DNA of 32,295 nucleotides from NCBI GenBank assembly GCA_964557305.1, contig CAZKZM010000068.1, forward strand, positions 1-32,295, given 5' to 3'. This DNA is from an uncultured Candidatus Saccharibacteria bacterium (GTDB lineage: Bacteria; Patescibacteriota; Minisyncoccia; Minisyncoccales; PWPS01). The stretch's first letter is position 1; each line of letters starts with the position of its first letter. A program made the translations under genes and the position numbers. Positions 17,277 to 26,500 of this stretch are shown here, piece after piece. Below the pieces are notes generated by a model that saw only the letters and a list, made by a program, of their open reading frames with translations, made no database searches and was not told the origin of the DNA.

Positions 17277-17326
17277 AAGAAGGGTGCAGGAATAACAATG
17301 GAATGTGCAGGAATGACAGCACTGCT

Positions 17327-17361
17327 CCCCATTTTTACACCCCTGGGGTGTAAAAATGGGG
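17327..17361. repeat. Palindromic repeat, copy 2 (CCCCATTTTTACACCCC-T-GGGGTGTAAAAATGGGG)
   Basis: Perfect 17-bp arms around nt 17344. Confidence 0.9.
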
Positions 17362-17368
17362 GGTTTGG

Positions 17369-17396
17369 TTGACAAAAAATTAAAATGTAATATAAT
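17369..17396 (+). promoter_or_regulatory. Near-consensus sigma-70 promoter with no downstream ORF
   Basis: TTGACA (17369-17374), 16-nt spacer, TATAAT (17391-17396). It points toward the 3' end of the convergent pth gene. Confidence 0.55.
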
Positions 17397-17426
17397 ATAG
17401 GTACGCTCATTTAAAACATTTTGTAG

Positions 17427-17631
17427 ATTGAAATTTTTGAGATTATCTGCGAGTAACCTTGAGAGTGCAAGAAGTTGCACTCTTAATCTCTTGCAATTTC
17501 CTTTTGGTTTTGCAAGTGAATAAAATCCCTCCTTTTTATTTGGGTTGGTGTCCGTAATGGATACTTTTGTTTTTTGTTTTGTTTATCAGAACAAGAAACA
17601 AAGCTCGCAGATAACCTCAAGAAATTTCAAT
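17427..17631 (+). ncRNA. Candidate structured RNA, or alternatively a MITE: five hairpins closed by a 27-bp helix
   Basis: Segment 17427-17453 (attgaaatttttgagattatctgcgag) pairs with 17604-17631 with one mismatch and one bulge. Internal stems are at 17458-17486, 17490-17516, 17519-17540 (loop tccctcct), 17548-17564 and about 17570-17602. The strand is not certain. Confidence 0.3.
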
Positions 17632-18225
17632 TAAATTGATGCTCTTCTTAGTAAGTTCTGATGAGAGTATTTTTTTTAACTCTTCGGCGATCTTCTCTTC
17701 TATTTCAAGTCCTTTTTGAGAAGTTTTTTCAAGGACAATTTTTTTTGCTTTTTCGTTTTCTTTATGTGAAACACCCACTCTCAATCGCCAAAAATCTTTT
17801 GTTTTAAGAGCTTTCATAACAGACAAAACACCGTTGTGTCCGGCTGCTCCTCGTGAATATGAGAATCTTATTTTTCCTGTTGGAAGGTCGGTGTCATCAT
17901 GAACGATTATTATTTTTTCAGGATTAATTTTGAATTTTTTTACCGCTCTTTTAACTGGACCGCCGGAAAGATTCATAAAGGAAAGAGGTTTCATTAAAAC
18001 AACCTCTTTTTCTTCAATAAACCCCTTTGAAACAAGTCCATCTACTGTTTTGTCTTTTGAGAACAAAGGAAGTCCTTCTTTTTCTTGAAGAAGAGAAATA
18101 ATTCTGAAACCAGCATTATGAACAGTTTTTTCATACTTTTCTTTAGGATTTCCTAATCCAATAATCAGATACAAGTCACTTTTTTCTTTTTCACTAAATA
18201 TTTTATTTTTTATCTTGTTCCACAT
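17617..18225 (-). CDS. pth: Peptidyl-tRNA hydrolase
   Basis: LIIGLGNPKEKYEKTVHNAGF signature. ATG at 18225 is preferred over the upstream TTG at 18240. It ends in TGA. Confidence 0.93.
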   Translation of the reverse strand: MWNKIKNKIFSEKEKSDLYLIIGLGNPKEKYEKTVHNAGFRIISLLQEKEGLPLFSKDKTVDGLVSKGFIEEKEVVLMKPLSFMNLSGGPVKRAVKKFKINPEKIIIVHDDTDLPTGKIRFSYSRGAAGHNGVLSVMKALKTKDFWRLRVGVSHKENEKAKKIVLEKTSQKGLEIEEKIAEELKKILSSELTKKSINLIEIS

Positions 18226-18309
18226 AGTATATAAACTCAAAAGTCAAAATTCAAAAGTCAAAACTGCAACTAAAAACTATAAAACCTTGTCATTCCTGCC
18301 TTTCCCAAT

Positions 18310-18439
18310 GTCATTCCCGCGGAAGCGGGAATCCAGTTTGTGATTTTGGTATTGTGATTTGTGATTTATTTAGGATTTAGAATTTAGTGCTTAAGATTTA
18401 ATTCACGGGATTACTTCGGGCTACCGCTCTCGCAATGAC
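18310..18439. repeat. MITE-like element, second copy (degenerate right end)
   Basis: It begins gtcattcccgcggaagcgggaatccagtttgtgatttt, shared with 17153 onward, and ends ...ctcgcaatgac. It is preceded by the half-unit gtcattcctgcc (18289-18300) and flanked by TGAC arrays at 18237-18264 and 18447-18476. Confidence 0.75.
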
Positions 18440-18530
18440 GGAGTTGGTCAATTGTCAATAGTCAAATGTTAATTGTTCTTTCATTATACCTTGTCTTGAT
18501 AAATTTGTGAAATTTTGTTAGAATTACGCT

Positions 18531-19085
18531 ATGAAGGAAGTATTTAAAACTATATTGAAAGAAGCATTAAAGGTGCTTTTCGTTGTTGTGTTTGTTGTTC
18601 TTCCGATTCGTTACTTTGTTTTTCAGCCGTTTATTGTTCGCGGAGCGTCAATGGAACCGAATTTTCAAGATGCTGACTATCTGATTGTTGATCAGATGAC
18701 TTATCGTTTTTCTGAGCCACAAAGAGGAGATGTTATTGTTTTTGAAAATCCAGAGGTATCAAATAAAAAGTATATAAAGAGAGTGATCGGACTTCCTGAA
18801 GAAGAAGTGACAGTAAAAGGAGCAGAAATTGTGATAAAAAACAAAGAGGGAGAAGTTGTTTTAGAAGAAACTTATATCGCTGAAGAAAATCAACCAATAT
18901 TTTTTAAAGGAAGCAAGAATTTTGTTTTAGGTGAAGAAGAGTATTTTGTTTTGGGAGATAACCGAAAAGCATCCCTTGACTCAAGATCGTGGGGAGCGTT
19001 ATCAGATGACTATATAATAGGAAGAGTTTTATTCCATATATCTTTTTTTGATAAATTTTCAAAACCAAAAACACCAGAATATTGA
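18531..19085 (+). CDS. lepB: Signal peptidase I
   Basis: Motifs GASMEPNF (catalytic Ser), KRVIGLPEE and GDNRKASLDSR. It ends in TGA. Confidence 0.93.
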   Translation: MKEVFKTILKEALKVLFVVVFVVLPIRYFVFQPFIVRGASMEPNFQDADYLIVDQMTYRFSEPQRGDVIVFENPEVSNKKYIKRVIGLPEEEVTVKGAEIVIKNKEGEVVLEETYIAEENQPIFFKGSKNFVLGEEEYFVLGDNRKASLDSRSWGALSDDYIIGRVLFHISFFDKFSKPKTPEY

Positions 19086-19120
19086 TTTGACAATTGACCT
19101 TTGACATTTGACTTGTGACA
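19086..19120. repeat. TGAC-rich repeat array
   Basis: The sequence is tttgacaattgacctttgacatttgacttgtgaca, immediately after the lepB stop. Confidence 0.8.
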
Positions 19121-19282
19121 AGTATAGCCGTTATAAAAGTTATAATTGATATAATAAAATCATAAGCATAAAATTCTAAATACTAAATTTAAAACTCCTA
19201 CCTACTGGTGGGAGGGCAAAACAACAATTTTTATAATCGTTATAAATTATTATAACTTTTATAATTTTAAATTTTAAGTTGT

Positions 19283-19315
19283 AGTTTTGCGTTTTGAGTT
19301 TTGCGTTTTGAGTTT
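19283..19315. repeat. Tandem 14-mer (agttttgcgttttg x2.4)
   Basis: Two perfect copies plus a partial one, directly upstream of the hisS ATG. Confidence 0.85.
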
Positions 19316-19325
19316 ACATAATATT

Positions 19326-20606
19326 ATGCCTAAAAAATTCAAGAGTTTGGGTGGAATGCACGATGTTTTTGGAGAACAGTATGAGTACTTTAATAAAGTA
19401 AGGGAGGTTGTTTTGAAAAATGCAAAAATATATGGATTTAAAGGGATAGAAACGCCGGTAATAGAAGAAACAGGAGTTTTTACGCGTGGAGTTGGAGAGC
19501 AGACCGATATTGTTGAAAAAGAGATGTACTCTTTTAAAACCAAAGGAGGAGAGCAAGTTTCGTTGAGACCAGAAGGAACAGCACCGATAATGCGTTCTTT
19601 TATTGAACATAGTTTTTACACAAAGCCACAGCCAGTAAAATTTTACTACTTTCAACCGTTTTTTCGCTACGAACGACAACAAGCAGGAAGGTACCGCCAG
19701 TTTTGGCAGTTTGGATTTGAAACAATCGGAAAAGACAGTTCAGTTGTTGACGCTCAGATAATTATTTTGGCGTATAACATTCTTCAAGAGTTGGGTGTTA
19801 AGGATGTTATAGTAAAAATAAACAATTTGGGTTGTGGAAGATGCAGAGACAAGTTCAGAGTAGCGTTAAGGAAGTATCTAAAAGAAAAAACATCGCTACT
19901 TTGTTCTGATTGCAAAAAAAGAATGAGAAAAAATCCGTTAAGAGTGCTTGACTGTAAAGAGTGTTCAGTGAAACAAGGAGCACCGCAAATAATTGATTTT
20001 TTGTGTAAAAAATGTACTGAAGATTTTCGACAAGTTCTTGAGTTGTTAGATGAAGTAAAAGTTCCTTATGATCTTGATTCGTTTTTAGTGCGTGGATTGG
20101 ACTACTACAACGGAGTTGTTTATGAAATGATCTCTTCTTCTCAAGAAAAACCACTTGCACTTGGAGGCGGAGGAAGGTATAATAAGCTTAGTGTTCTTCT
20201 TGGAAGTGAGGATGAGATTCCTGCAACAGGAATGGCGTTAGGAGTAGAAAGAGTGGTCTCTTTAATGAAAGAGAATCAGGTAAAAATAGAAAAAGAAGAA
20301 CGGGATGTTTTTATCGCGCAACTTGGTGACTTAGCAAAAAAGAAAGCGTTAAAACTTTTTGAAGATTTCAAAAAATCAGGACTTCCTGTTCTTGAGTCGT
20401 TTGGAAGAGATTCGCTAAAAAGTCAGTTAAGTAGAGCAGACAGGTTGGGGGTTAGTATAACAATTATTATTGGAAAAGAAGAGGCGTTTGCAGAAAAAGC
20501 AATCATTAGAGATATGGATTCGGGAAAACAAGAAAAAGTTGACCTGAAAGAAGTAGTTAAAGAAGTGAAAAAGAAGTTAAAAGAAAAAAAGAAAAGTAAA
20601 AAGTAA
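19326..20606 (+). CDS. hisS: Histidine--tRNA ligase
   Basis: Motifs FRYERQQAGRYRQFWQFG and GGGGRYNKL, a CxxC-rich insertion domain and a Lys-rich tail. ATG at 19326 is preferred over the TTG at 19287, which lies in the tandem repeat. Confidence 0.95.
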   Translation: MPKKFKSLGGMHDVFGEQYEYFNKVREVVLKNAKIYGFKGIETPVIEETGVFTRGVGEQTDIVEKEMYSFKTKGGEQVSLRPEGTAPIMRSFIEHSFYTKPQPVKFYYFQPFFRYERQQAGRYRQFWQFGFETIGKDSSVVDAQIIILAYNILQELGVKDVIVKINNLGCGRCRDKFRVALRKYLKEKTSLLCSDCKKRMRKNPLRVLDCKECSVKQGAPQIIDFLCKKCTEDFRQVLELLDEVKVPYDLDSFLVRGLDYYNGVVYEMISSSQEKPLALGGGGRYNKLSVLLGSEDEIPATGMALGVERVVSLMKENQVKIEKEERDVFIAQLGDLAKKKALKLFEDFKKSGLPVLESFGRDSLKSQLSRADRLGVSITIIIGKEEAFAEKAIIRDMDSGKQEKVDLKEVVKEVKKKLKEKKKSKK

Positions 20607-20627
20607 AAAATTAATTATTATAAATTT

Positions 20628-20846
20628 ATGCCATTAGAAGTAACAAGAAAAGAAAAAGAAAACAACAACAGTATTGTTCACCGCTTTACTCGTTCTGTGA
20701 TTCAGAGTGGAATCATAAAAGAATCTCGTTCAAGAAGATTTTTTCAAAGAAATATTAGCAAAACTGCAAAAAAAAGATCTGCTTTGAGAAGAATAAGAGC
20801 AAAAGAAGAGTTTAACAGAAAGTGGAAGATGGGGGAAACAAAATAA
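20628..20846 (+). CDS. rpsU: 30S ribosomal protein S21
   Basis: 72 aa, basic. The pattern IVHRFTRSVIQSGIIKESRSRRFFQRNISKTAKKRSALRR resembles S21. Confidence 0.8.
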   Translation: MPLEVTRKEKENNNSIVHRFTRSVIQSGIIKESRSRRFFQRNISKTAKKRSALRRIRAKEEFNRKWKMGETK

Positions 20847-21239
20847 ATGAAGATATCATTAAAAAATCTTACAAGGTTTTGTATTGATGAGAAGTCGGTA
20901 ATAGCTGTTTTGCAAAAAATACTAGAACAAGAAAAACAAGAAAAAGAGATATCAGTTGTTTTTGTGGGAAGTAAAAAAATGAGAGATCTGAACCGAATAT
21001 ATCGCGGAAAAGATTACACAACAGATGTTTTGTCTTTCGTTTTTGATGAGAAAAACTTTCAAGGAGAAGTTTTTGTTTGTCCAGCAAAAATAAAAAATAG
21101 TTTCAAAGAGGAAGAGTTTACAAAAGAATTTTTTCGCGTTATTATTCATGGTGTTCTCCATCTTTGTGGATACCGTCATAATGACACAAGAAGCGAAGAA
21201 AAAATGAACGAAAGAACAGAGCACTACTTGGATTCTTAA
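20847..21239 (+). CDS. ybeY: rRNA maturation endoribonuclease YbeY
   Basis: HGVLHLCGYRHND zinc-binding motif. The start abuts the rpsU stop. Confidence 0.9.
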   Translation: MKISLKNLTRFCIDEKSVIAVLQKILEQEKQEKEISVVFVGSKKMRDLNRIYRGKDYTTDVLSFVFDEKNFQGEVFVCPAKIKNSFKEEEFTKEFFRVIIHGVLHLCGYRHNDTRSEEKMNERTEHYLDS

Positions 21240-21262
21240 AAAATTTAACTACTTTAGTATTT

Positions 21263-22480
21263 ATGAGTAAAGCGCCTACAATCGCCGCCGTTGATATCGG
21301 GACAGGAACTATTAAGGCAATTATAGTTCAAAAACAAGCCGATGAAGCAAGTTTCAGAGTTTTAGGAATGGCTGAAAATGTTTCTTCTGGGGTTAGAAAA
21401 GGAGTAGTTAGTGATCCCGAAAAAGTAGGAAAAATAATTCGGGTGACGATTGCAGAGGCGCAAAAAGAAGCTGGTCAAGAGATAGACGAAGTTTACACAA
21501 ACATAAACGGAGTCCATCTCTTTTGTTTACTTTCAAGGGGAATAATCTCTGTCTCAAGAGCTGATCAAGAGATATCAGAATCAGATGTGGAGAGAGTGAT
21601 TGAAGCAGCAAAAACATTTTCCTTGCCTCAAAATAAAAAAATAATAAAAATAATCCCAAGAGAGTTTATTATTGATAAACAGAAAGGAATTAAAAACCCA
21701 ATGGGTCTTCACGGAGTTAGATTAGAAGCAGAGATTATCGCAATGGGTGGTTTTGTTTCTTACTTGAAAAATATTAATCAAGCGTTTGAGAGAGTTGATA
21801 TAGAAGTTGAAGATCCTATCATTAATCCCCTTGCTTCCGCAAGAGCAGTTTTAACAAATCAAGAAAAAGAAGTAGGGGTGATGGTTGTTGATATCGGAGC
21901 AGGAACAACGGGGGTCTCGGTATATGAAGAAGGAGAGCTTCTTCACACCTTTGTTCTTCCGGTTGGAACAAACAACCTTCGGAACGATATTGCAGTTGGG
22001 CTTAAAGTTGATCCAGAAACTGCAGAGTTTATTAAAAACAAGTTTAGTGATTCAATCTTAGAAAACAAAAAAGGAGCAAAAGTAGAAAAGATAAAATTAA
22101 CAACAGGAGAAGAGATAAGTTTCAAAAGAAGTGAACTCAGAAAGATTGCAGAACCAAGGATAGAAGAAATATTTTGCGAAATAGAAAAAGAGTTGAAAAA
22201 AATATCTCGCGAAAAAGCACTCCCGGGAGGAGTGGTTATCACTGGAGGAGGAGCAAAAATCCCAAAGATAAAAATTTTTGCAAGAGAAAAACTGGGGCTT
22301 TACTGTCGTATCGGACATCCTCGCCGCTTCTTTCCGCTTGAAGAAGACCCTTCTTACTCTGCTTTGTGCGGGATTGTCCTTTGTGGAATGGATTTAGAAG
22401 AAAATGGGGGAAAAAGCAAGTTTGACTTTAATATTATTTTTTCTAAAATAAAGAAAGTGTTCCAAGTTTTTATACCATAA
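21263..22480 (+). CDS. ftsA: Cell division protein FtsA
   Basis: Actin-fold phosphate loops AAVDIGTGTIKAII and VVDIGAGTTGVSVY, and a C-terminal amphipathic helix FSKIKKVFQVF. Confidence 0.93.
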   Translation: MSKAPTIAAVDIGTGTIKAIIVQKQADEASFRVLGMAENVSSGVRKGVVSDPEKVGKIIRVTIAEAQKEAGQEIDEVYTNINGVHLFCLLSRGIISVSRADQEISESDVERVIEAAKTFSLPQNKKIIKIIPREFIIDKQKGIKNPMGLHGVRLEAEIIAMGGFVSYLKNINQAFERVDIEVEDPIINPLASARAVLTNQEKEVGVMVVDIGAGTTGVSVYEEGELLHTFVLPVGTNNLRNDIAVGLKVDPETAEFIKNKFSDSILENKKGAKVEKIKLTTGEEISFKRSELRKIAEPRIEEIFCEIEKELKKISREKALPGGVVITGGGAKIPKIKIFAREKLGLYCRIGHPRRFFPLEEDPSYSALCGIVLCGMDLEENGGKSKFDFNIIFSKIKKVFQVFIP

Positions 22481-22487
22481 TAAAATT

Positions 22488-23417
22488 ATGAATGACCTAC
22501 CTAAAATAAAAGTTGTTGGTGTTGGAGGATCGGGATGTAATGCTATCTCAAGGATGGCTGGTTGTGGAATTAAAGGAGTTGAACTGATTGCAATAAATAC
22601 TGATTTTCACGATCTTAGAGATACTGAGGCCGATGTGAAGATAAGAATAGGGAAGAAGTTAACTCAAGGGCTTGGAACAGGAATGAATATGGAGTTAGGA
22701 AGAAAAGCCGCTGAAGAGAACAGAGAAGAGATTGGAAAAGCACTCAAGGACTCAGATATGGTCTTTCTGACTTGTGGTGTTGGAGGAGGAACTGGAAGCG
22801 GAGCACTTCCAGTTGTTGCTGAAATTGCAAAAGAAAATGATGCTCTTGTTATTGCCGTCGTCACAACCCCGTTCTCTTTTGAAGGAAAAGAAAGAAGCAA
22901 GGTAGGAAAAAAAGGATTAAAAGCAGTTCAAGATAAAGTGGATACTTTAATTCCAATATCAAATGATCGTCTTTTGTCAACACTTGATCCGAACATCTCT
23001 CTTTCTGATGCTTTCTGGGTTTGTGATGAAATTCTTCGGCAAGCAGTTCAAGGAATATCTGACTTGATTACTCTTCCAGGAATAATAAATATTGATTTTG
23101 CTGATGTTAAGGCGATAATGAAAAATTCGGGGTCAGCTCTTTTTGGAAAAGGAGTTGCAAAAGGAAAACGCCGTGCAGAAGAAGCAGCATTAAAAGCACT
23201 TAATCTTCCGTTAGTTGATCTTTCTTGCGAGAACGCAAAAGGAGTTCTTTTTAATGTAAACGGAGGAAAAGATTTAAGCTTGTCAGAAGTATATGAAATC
23301 GCAGAAGTGATAAAGAAGAAAGTTTCCCCAGACGCCAGTATAATATTTGGAGCAGTAGAGGATAGTAGCTTAGAAGAAGGAGAAATAAAAGTAACCATAA
23401 TTGCTACCGGATTTTAA
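22488..23417 (+). CDS. ftsZ: Cell division protein FtsZ (core only, no C-terminal linker or tail)
   Basis: Motifs KVVGVGGSGCNAISRM and GGGTGSGALPVVAEIAK. The protein ends at ...KVTIIATGF, the usual end of the globular core. Confidence 0.95.
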   Translation: MNDLPKIKVVGVGGSGCNAISRMAGCGIKGVELIAINTDFHDLRDTEADVKIRIGKKLTQGLGTGMNMELGRKAAEENREEIGKALKDSDMVFLTCGVGGGTGSGALPVVAEIAKENDALVIAVVTTPFSFEGKERSKVGKKGLKAVQDKVDTLIPISNDRLLSTLDPNISLSDAFWVCDEILRQAVQGISDLITLPGIINIDFADVKAIMKNSGSALFGKGVAKGKRRAEEAALKALNLPLVDLSCENAKGVLFNVNGGKDLSLSEVYEIAEVIKKKVSPDASIIFGAVEDSSLEEGEIKVTIIATGF

Positions 23418-23536
23418 TGGATGTAAACTACTTCAAATAATATTTATCGTGATTTTAATTATATTTGGTTGCCCCAGACATATTTTATTTTGTAAATTTA
23501 ATCCTTTATCAGAGCTTCTAATAAATAAAACTTAAA

Positions 23537-26500
23537 ATGATTTCAAAAATTGAAAAAAGAAACGGAGAAGTTGTAGATTTTGATGTTCAAAAAATTGAAA
23601 GCGCAGCATATAAAGCGCTTACTTTTACGAAAAAGGGGGACAAAGATGAAGCGAGAGTTATTTCTGATAAAGTTTTAGAGGTTCTTCTTCAAAGATTTAG
23701 CAGGGAAGAAGTCCCTACCGTTGAAGATATTCAAAACATCGTTGAAGAGGTCTTAATAATGGAAGGATTTACAGACACTGCTCGTAGTTATATTCTTTAC
23801 CGGGAAAAAAGAAGAGAAGTGAGGGATGCGATGACACAGTTAGAAGATTCAAGTGAAATTATTGAAAAATACATAGATGAGATTGACTGGGAAGTGAAAG
23901 AAAACGCGAATATGACATACTCTCTTCAAGGACTAAATCAACACGCAACCTCTCATATTTCAAAAAAATACTGGCTTAACAAGATTTATCCTTACGAGAT
24001 AAGAGAAGCAGCAAAAAATCAGGATTTTCATATTCACGACCTAAATCTGCTCGCTACTTACTGTTGCGGGTGGGATCTGCAAGATCTTCTTCTCCGAGGA
24101 TTTGGAGGAGTTCCATCAAAAATAGAATCAAAACCACCAAAACATTTTCGTCCAGCGCTGGGACAGATTGTAAACTTTTTCTTTACTCTTCAAGGAGAAA
24201 GTGCAGGTGCACAGGCGATGAGCAACTTTGACACTTTCCTTGCTCCTTTCATCAGATACGATAATTTGGACTACAAACAAGTAAAACAGTCCTTACAAGA
24301 GTTTTTGTTCAACTGCATGGTCCCAACCCGCGTAGGATTTCAATGTCTCTCGGAAGATACTGAGATTTTAACTAAAGATGGGTGGAAAAAACACAACGAA
24401 GTGAAACAAGGAGATGTTATAAAAACATTTAATACTGAAGAAAAAATAATTCAAGAAAAACAAGTAAAAAAAGTATTTTCAAAAGAATATGAAGGAAAGA
24501 TGTACTCTGTTTCAAACAGAATTCAAGATCAGTTAATCTCTCCTCATCACAGAATGGTGAGAAAGAAGTTTAACAGTGAAAGATATGTACTTGAAGAAGT
24601 TGAAGAAGTGTTAAAACTTAAAACACCACAAACGATTCCGATAGCTGCTGACAATAAAAACAAAGCAATTGATATTACCAACGAAGAGATAAAGTTGGTT
24701 GCTTGGATTGTCTCTGAAGGAAGTATGGAGTCAAAAGTTAACTGGAGAAGAATAGTAATTTATCAATCAGAAAAGAAAAACAAAGAAAAGTACGAAGAAA
24801 TTCTTGCTCTTTTAGAAATTCTTGGAATTAAATACACAACACAAGAAGGATCAAAATCCCTTGGCGATGTTGTGATGCAGATAAGATTTAACTCTGAAGA
24901 AACACAAAAGATATTAGATCTTTTTGACACGAAAGATAGTGTGAAAAAAATCCCATCAAGGTTCTTAGAGATGAGTCAGAAACAAAGCAGGGTTTTCTTG
25001 GAAACATACATCAAAGGAGATGGTCACGAGGGATCAAAGATTACCGTTTCTGATAAAGAAACTTTGAGAGATCTTCAAAGAATAATAGTTAACTCTGGAT
25101 ATGGATTTACAACTTCTAAAAGAAAGTCATCGGGTGTAGGGAAGAAGATGCTTTATATTATTAGAGTTATTCGTCATCAAGAAACACACATCACTAAAAT
25201 AAAAGAAGTTGATTACAAAGGATTTATATGGTCTGTTAATACTGACAACGAAACAGTTATTGCAAAAAGAAAAGGAAAGGTTTTCATAACAGGGAACACG
25301 CCTTTTCTAAATGTTTCGTTGGATGTTAAGATTCCTGAGTTTTTGAGAAACCAACCGATTATTATTGGTGGTGAAGCGAAGAGAGAAACATATGGAGAGT
25401 TTCAGAAAGAAGTTGATATTTTCAACAAAGCTTTTTACGAGTGCTTAATGGAAGGAGATTCAAAAGGAAGAGTTTTCACTTTTCCAATTCCAACAATTTC
25501 TATTGCCAAAGATTTTGATTGGGACAACAAAGCTCTTGATCCGATGTGGGAAGCAACCGCAAAGTACGGAATAAATTATTTTTCAAACTTTATTCAGTCC
25601 GATATGAACCCCGAGGATTTTAGAAGTATGTGTCCACTTGACAGAAACGAAAAGGTCTTAATCAGATCAAAAAGAGGAAGAGGATTAGAGTATTCTAGTA
25701 TAGGATTTATCTGTGAAGGACGCGCTAAAGAAAACGAATATGAAGTTTATAGTGATGGAAAGTTTATAAAAGGAAGATTCAACAAGTTCCCTAATCAGAA
25801 GATGATGTTGGTGGTTTTGAAAAATGGACACAAGATTAAGATGAGTGAAAATCACCTGAACTATGTGATGAAAGATTCTAAAAGTGCCATTGAAACATTA
25901 AAAGGAAAGGATCTTAAAGAAGGATTTTATCTTCCCTACTCTTTAAATGTTTACGAAGGAGAAGGAGGAAACAAGGATTTAGGGTATTTTGTTGGTGCTT
26001 TTGCCGGTGATGGTTCCTTTGATGGAGATGGAAGCGTTGTATTTTCATTAGAGCAAGAAAGAAAAAAAGAGATAATATCAAAAATAATAAAAATATCAGA
26101 AAAATATTTTGGAGCTCATTACTCAACCAAAAAAGACCCTAAAACGAAATTATTTACATTAAAAATTCATTCACGAGCGGCTGTTGGCTTGTGTAAAGAT
26201 TTTATTGCCAATAAAAAAAGAGAAAAACATTACAAAGCAAGGATTTTTGGAACAAGTGTAGAGTTTAGAAAAGGAGTGCTGAAGGGTCACTATGAGACCG
26301 ATGGCGGAAATAAAAACAGAACATATACTTCATCTAAGAGAATGGTTGAAAGTATAAATATGCTTAATGCTACATTGGGAAAAACGACAAGCATATACAA
26401 AGACGACAGAGAGGGAAGATTGGGAAGTGAGCCAAATTATGCAGTTAGAGCGTATAGTTTTGCCAATAAAAAATATGGAGATATCTGGTTCAAGAAGAAA

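Noticed and set aside
17113-17480. ORFs 17113-17322 and 17217-17480 (also 14775-15119 and 27717-27914), which contain peptides such as WIPACAGMT, CHSRGGGNP and IFTPLGCKNG
   Set aside because: These are translations of the MITE-like repeat and the palindromic repeat. The same peptide strings recur wherever the DNA repeat recurs, so they are not genes.
17617-17619. Alternative genetic code with UGA reassigned, as in some CPR lineages
   Set aside because: TGA terminates pth (17617-17619, minus strand) and lepB (19083-19085) at the expected ends of the conserved domains. Conserved genes read cleanly with the standard bacterial code.
19195-19214. T-box riboswitch upstream of hisS (the GGUGG-containing hairpin)
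   Set aside because: There is no match to the conserved T-box sequence (GGGUGGUACCGCG-like). I could not identify a specifier-loop architecture or a terminator/antiterminator pair.
23417-23440. Seven-codon mini-ORF (MDVNYFK) overlapping the ftsZ stop, vaguely reminiscent of the FtsZ C-terminal peptide
   Set aside because: It is far too short and too loosely similar (it lacks the P-x-F-L-R core). It is out of frame with no plausible recoding signal and is most likely coincidence.
23478-23493. Possible NrdR box (acatattttattttgt) upstream of nrdD
   Set aside because: It matches only about 12 of 16 positions of the remembered consensus. It is a single box rather than the usual tandem pair, sits in an AT-rich background, and no nrdR gene is visible. 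This is too weak to call.
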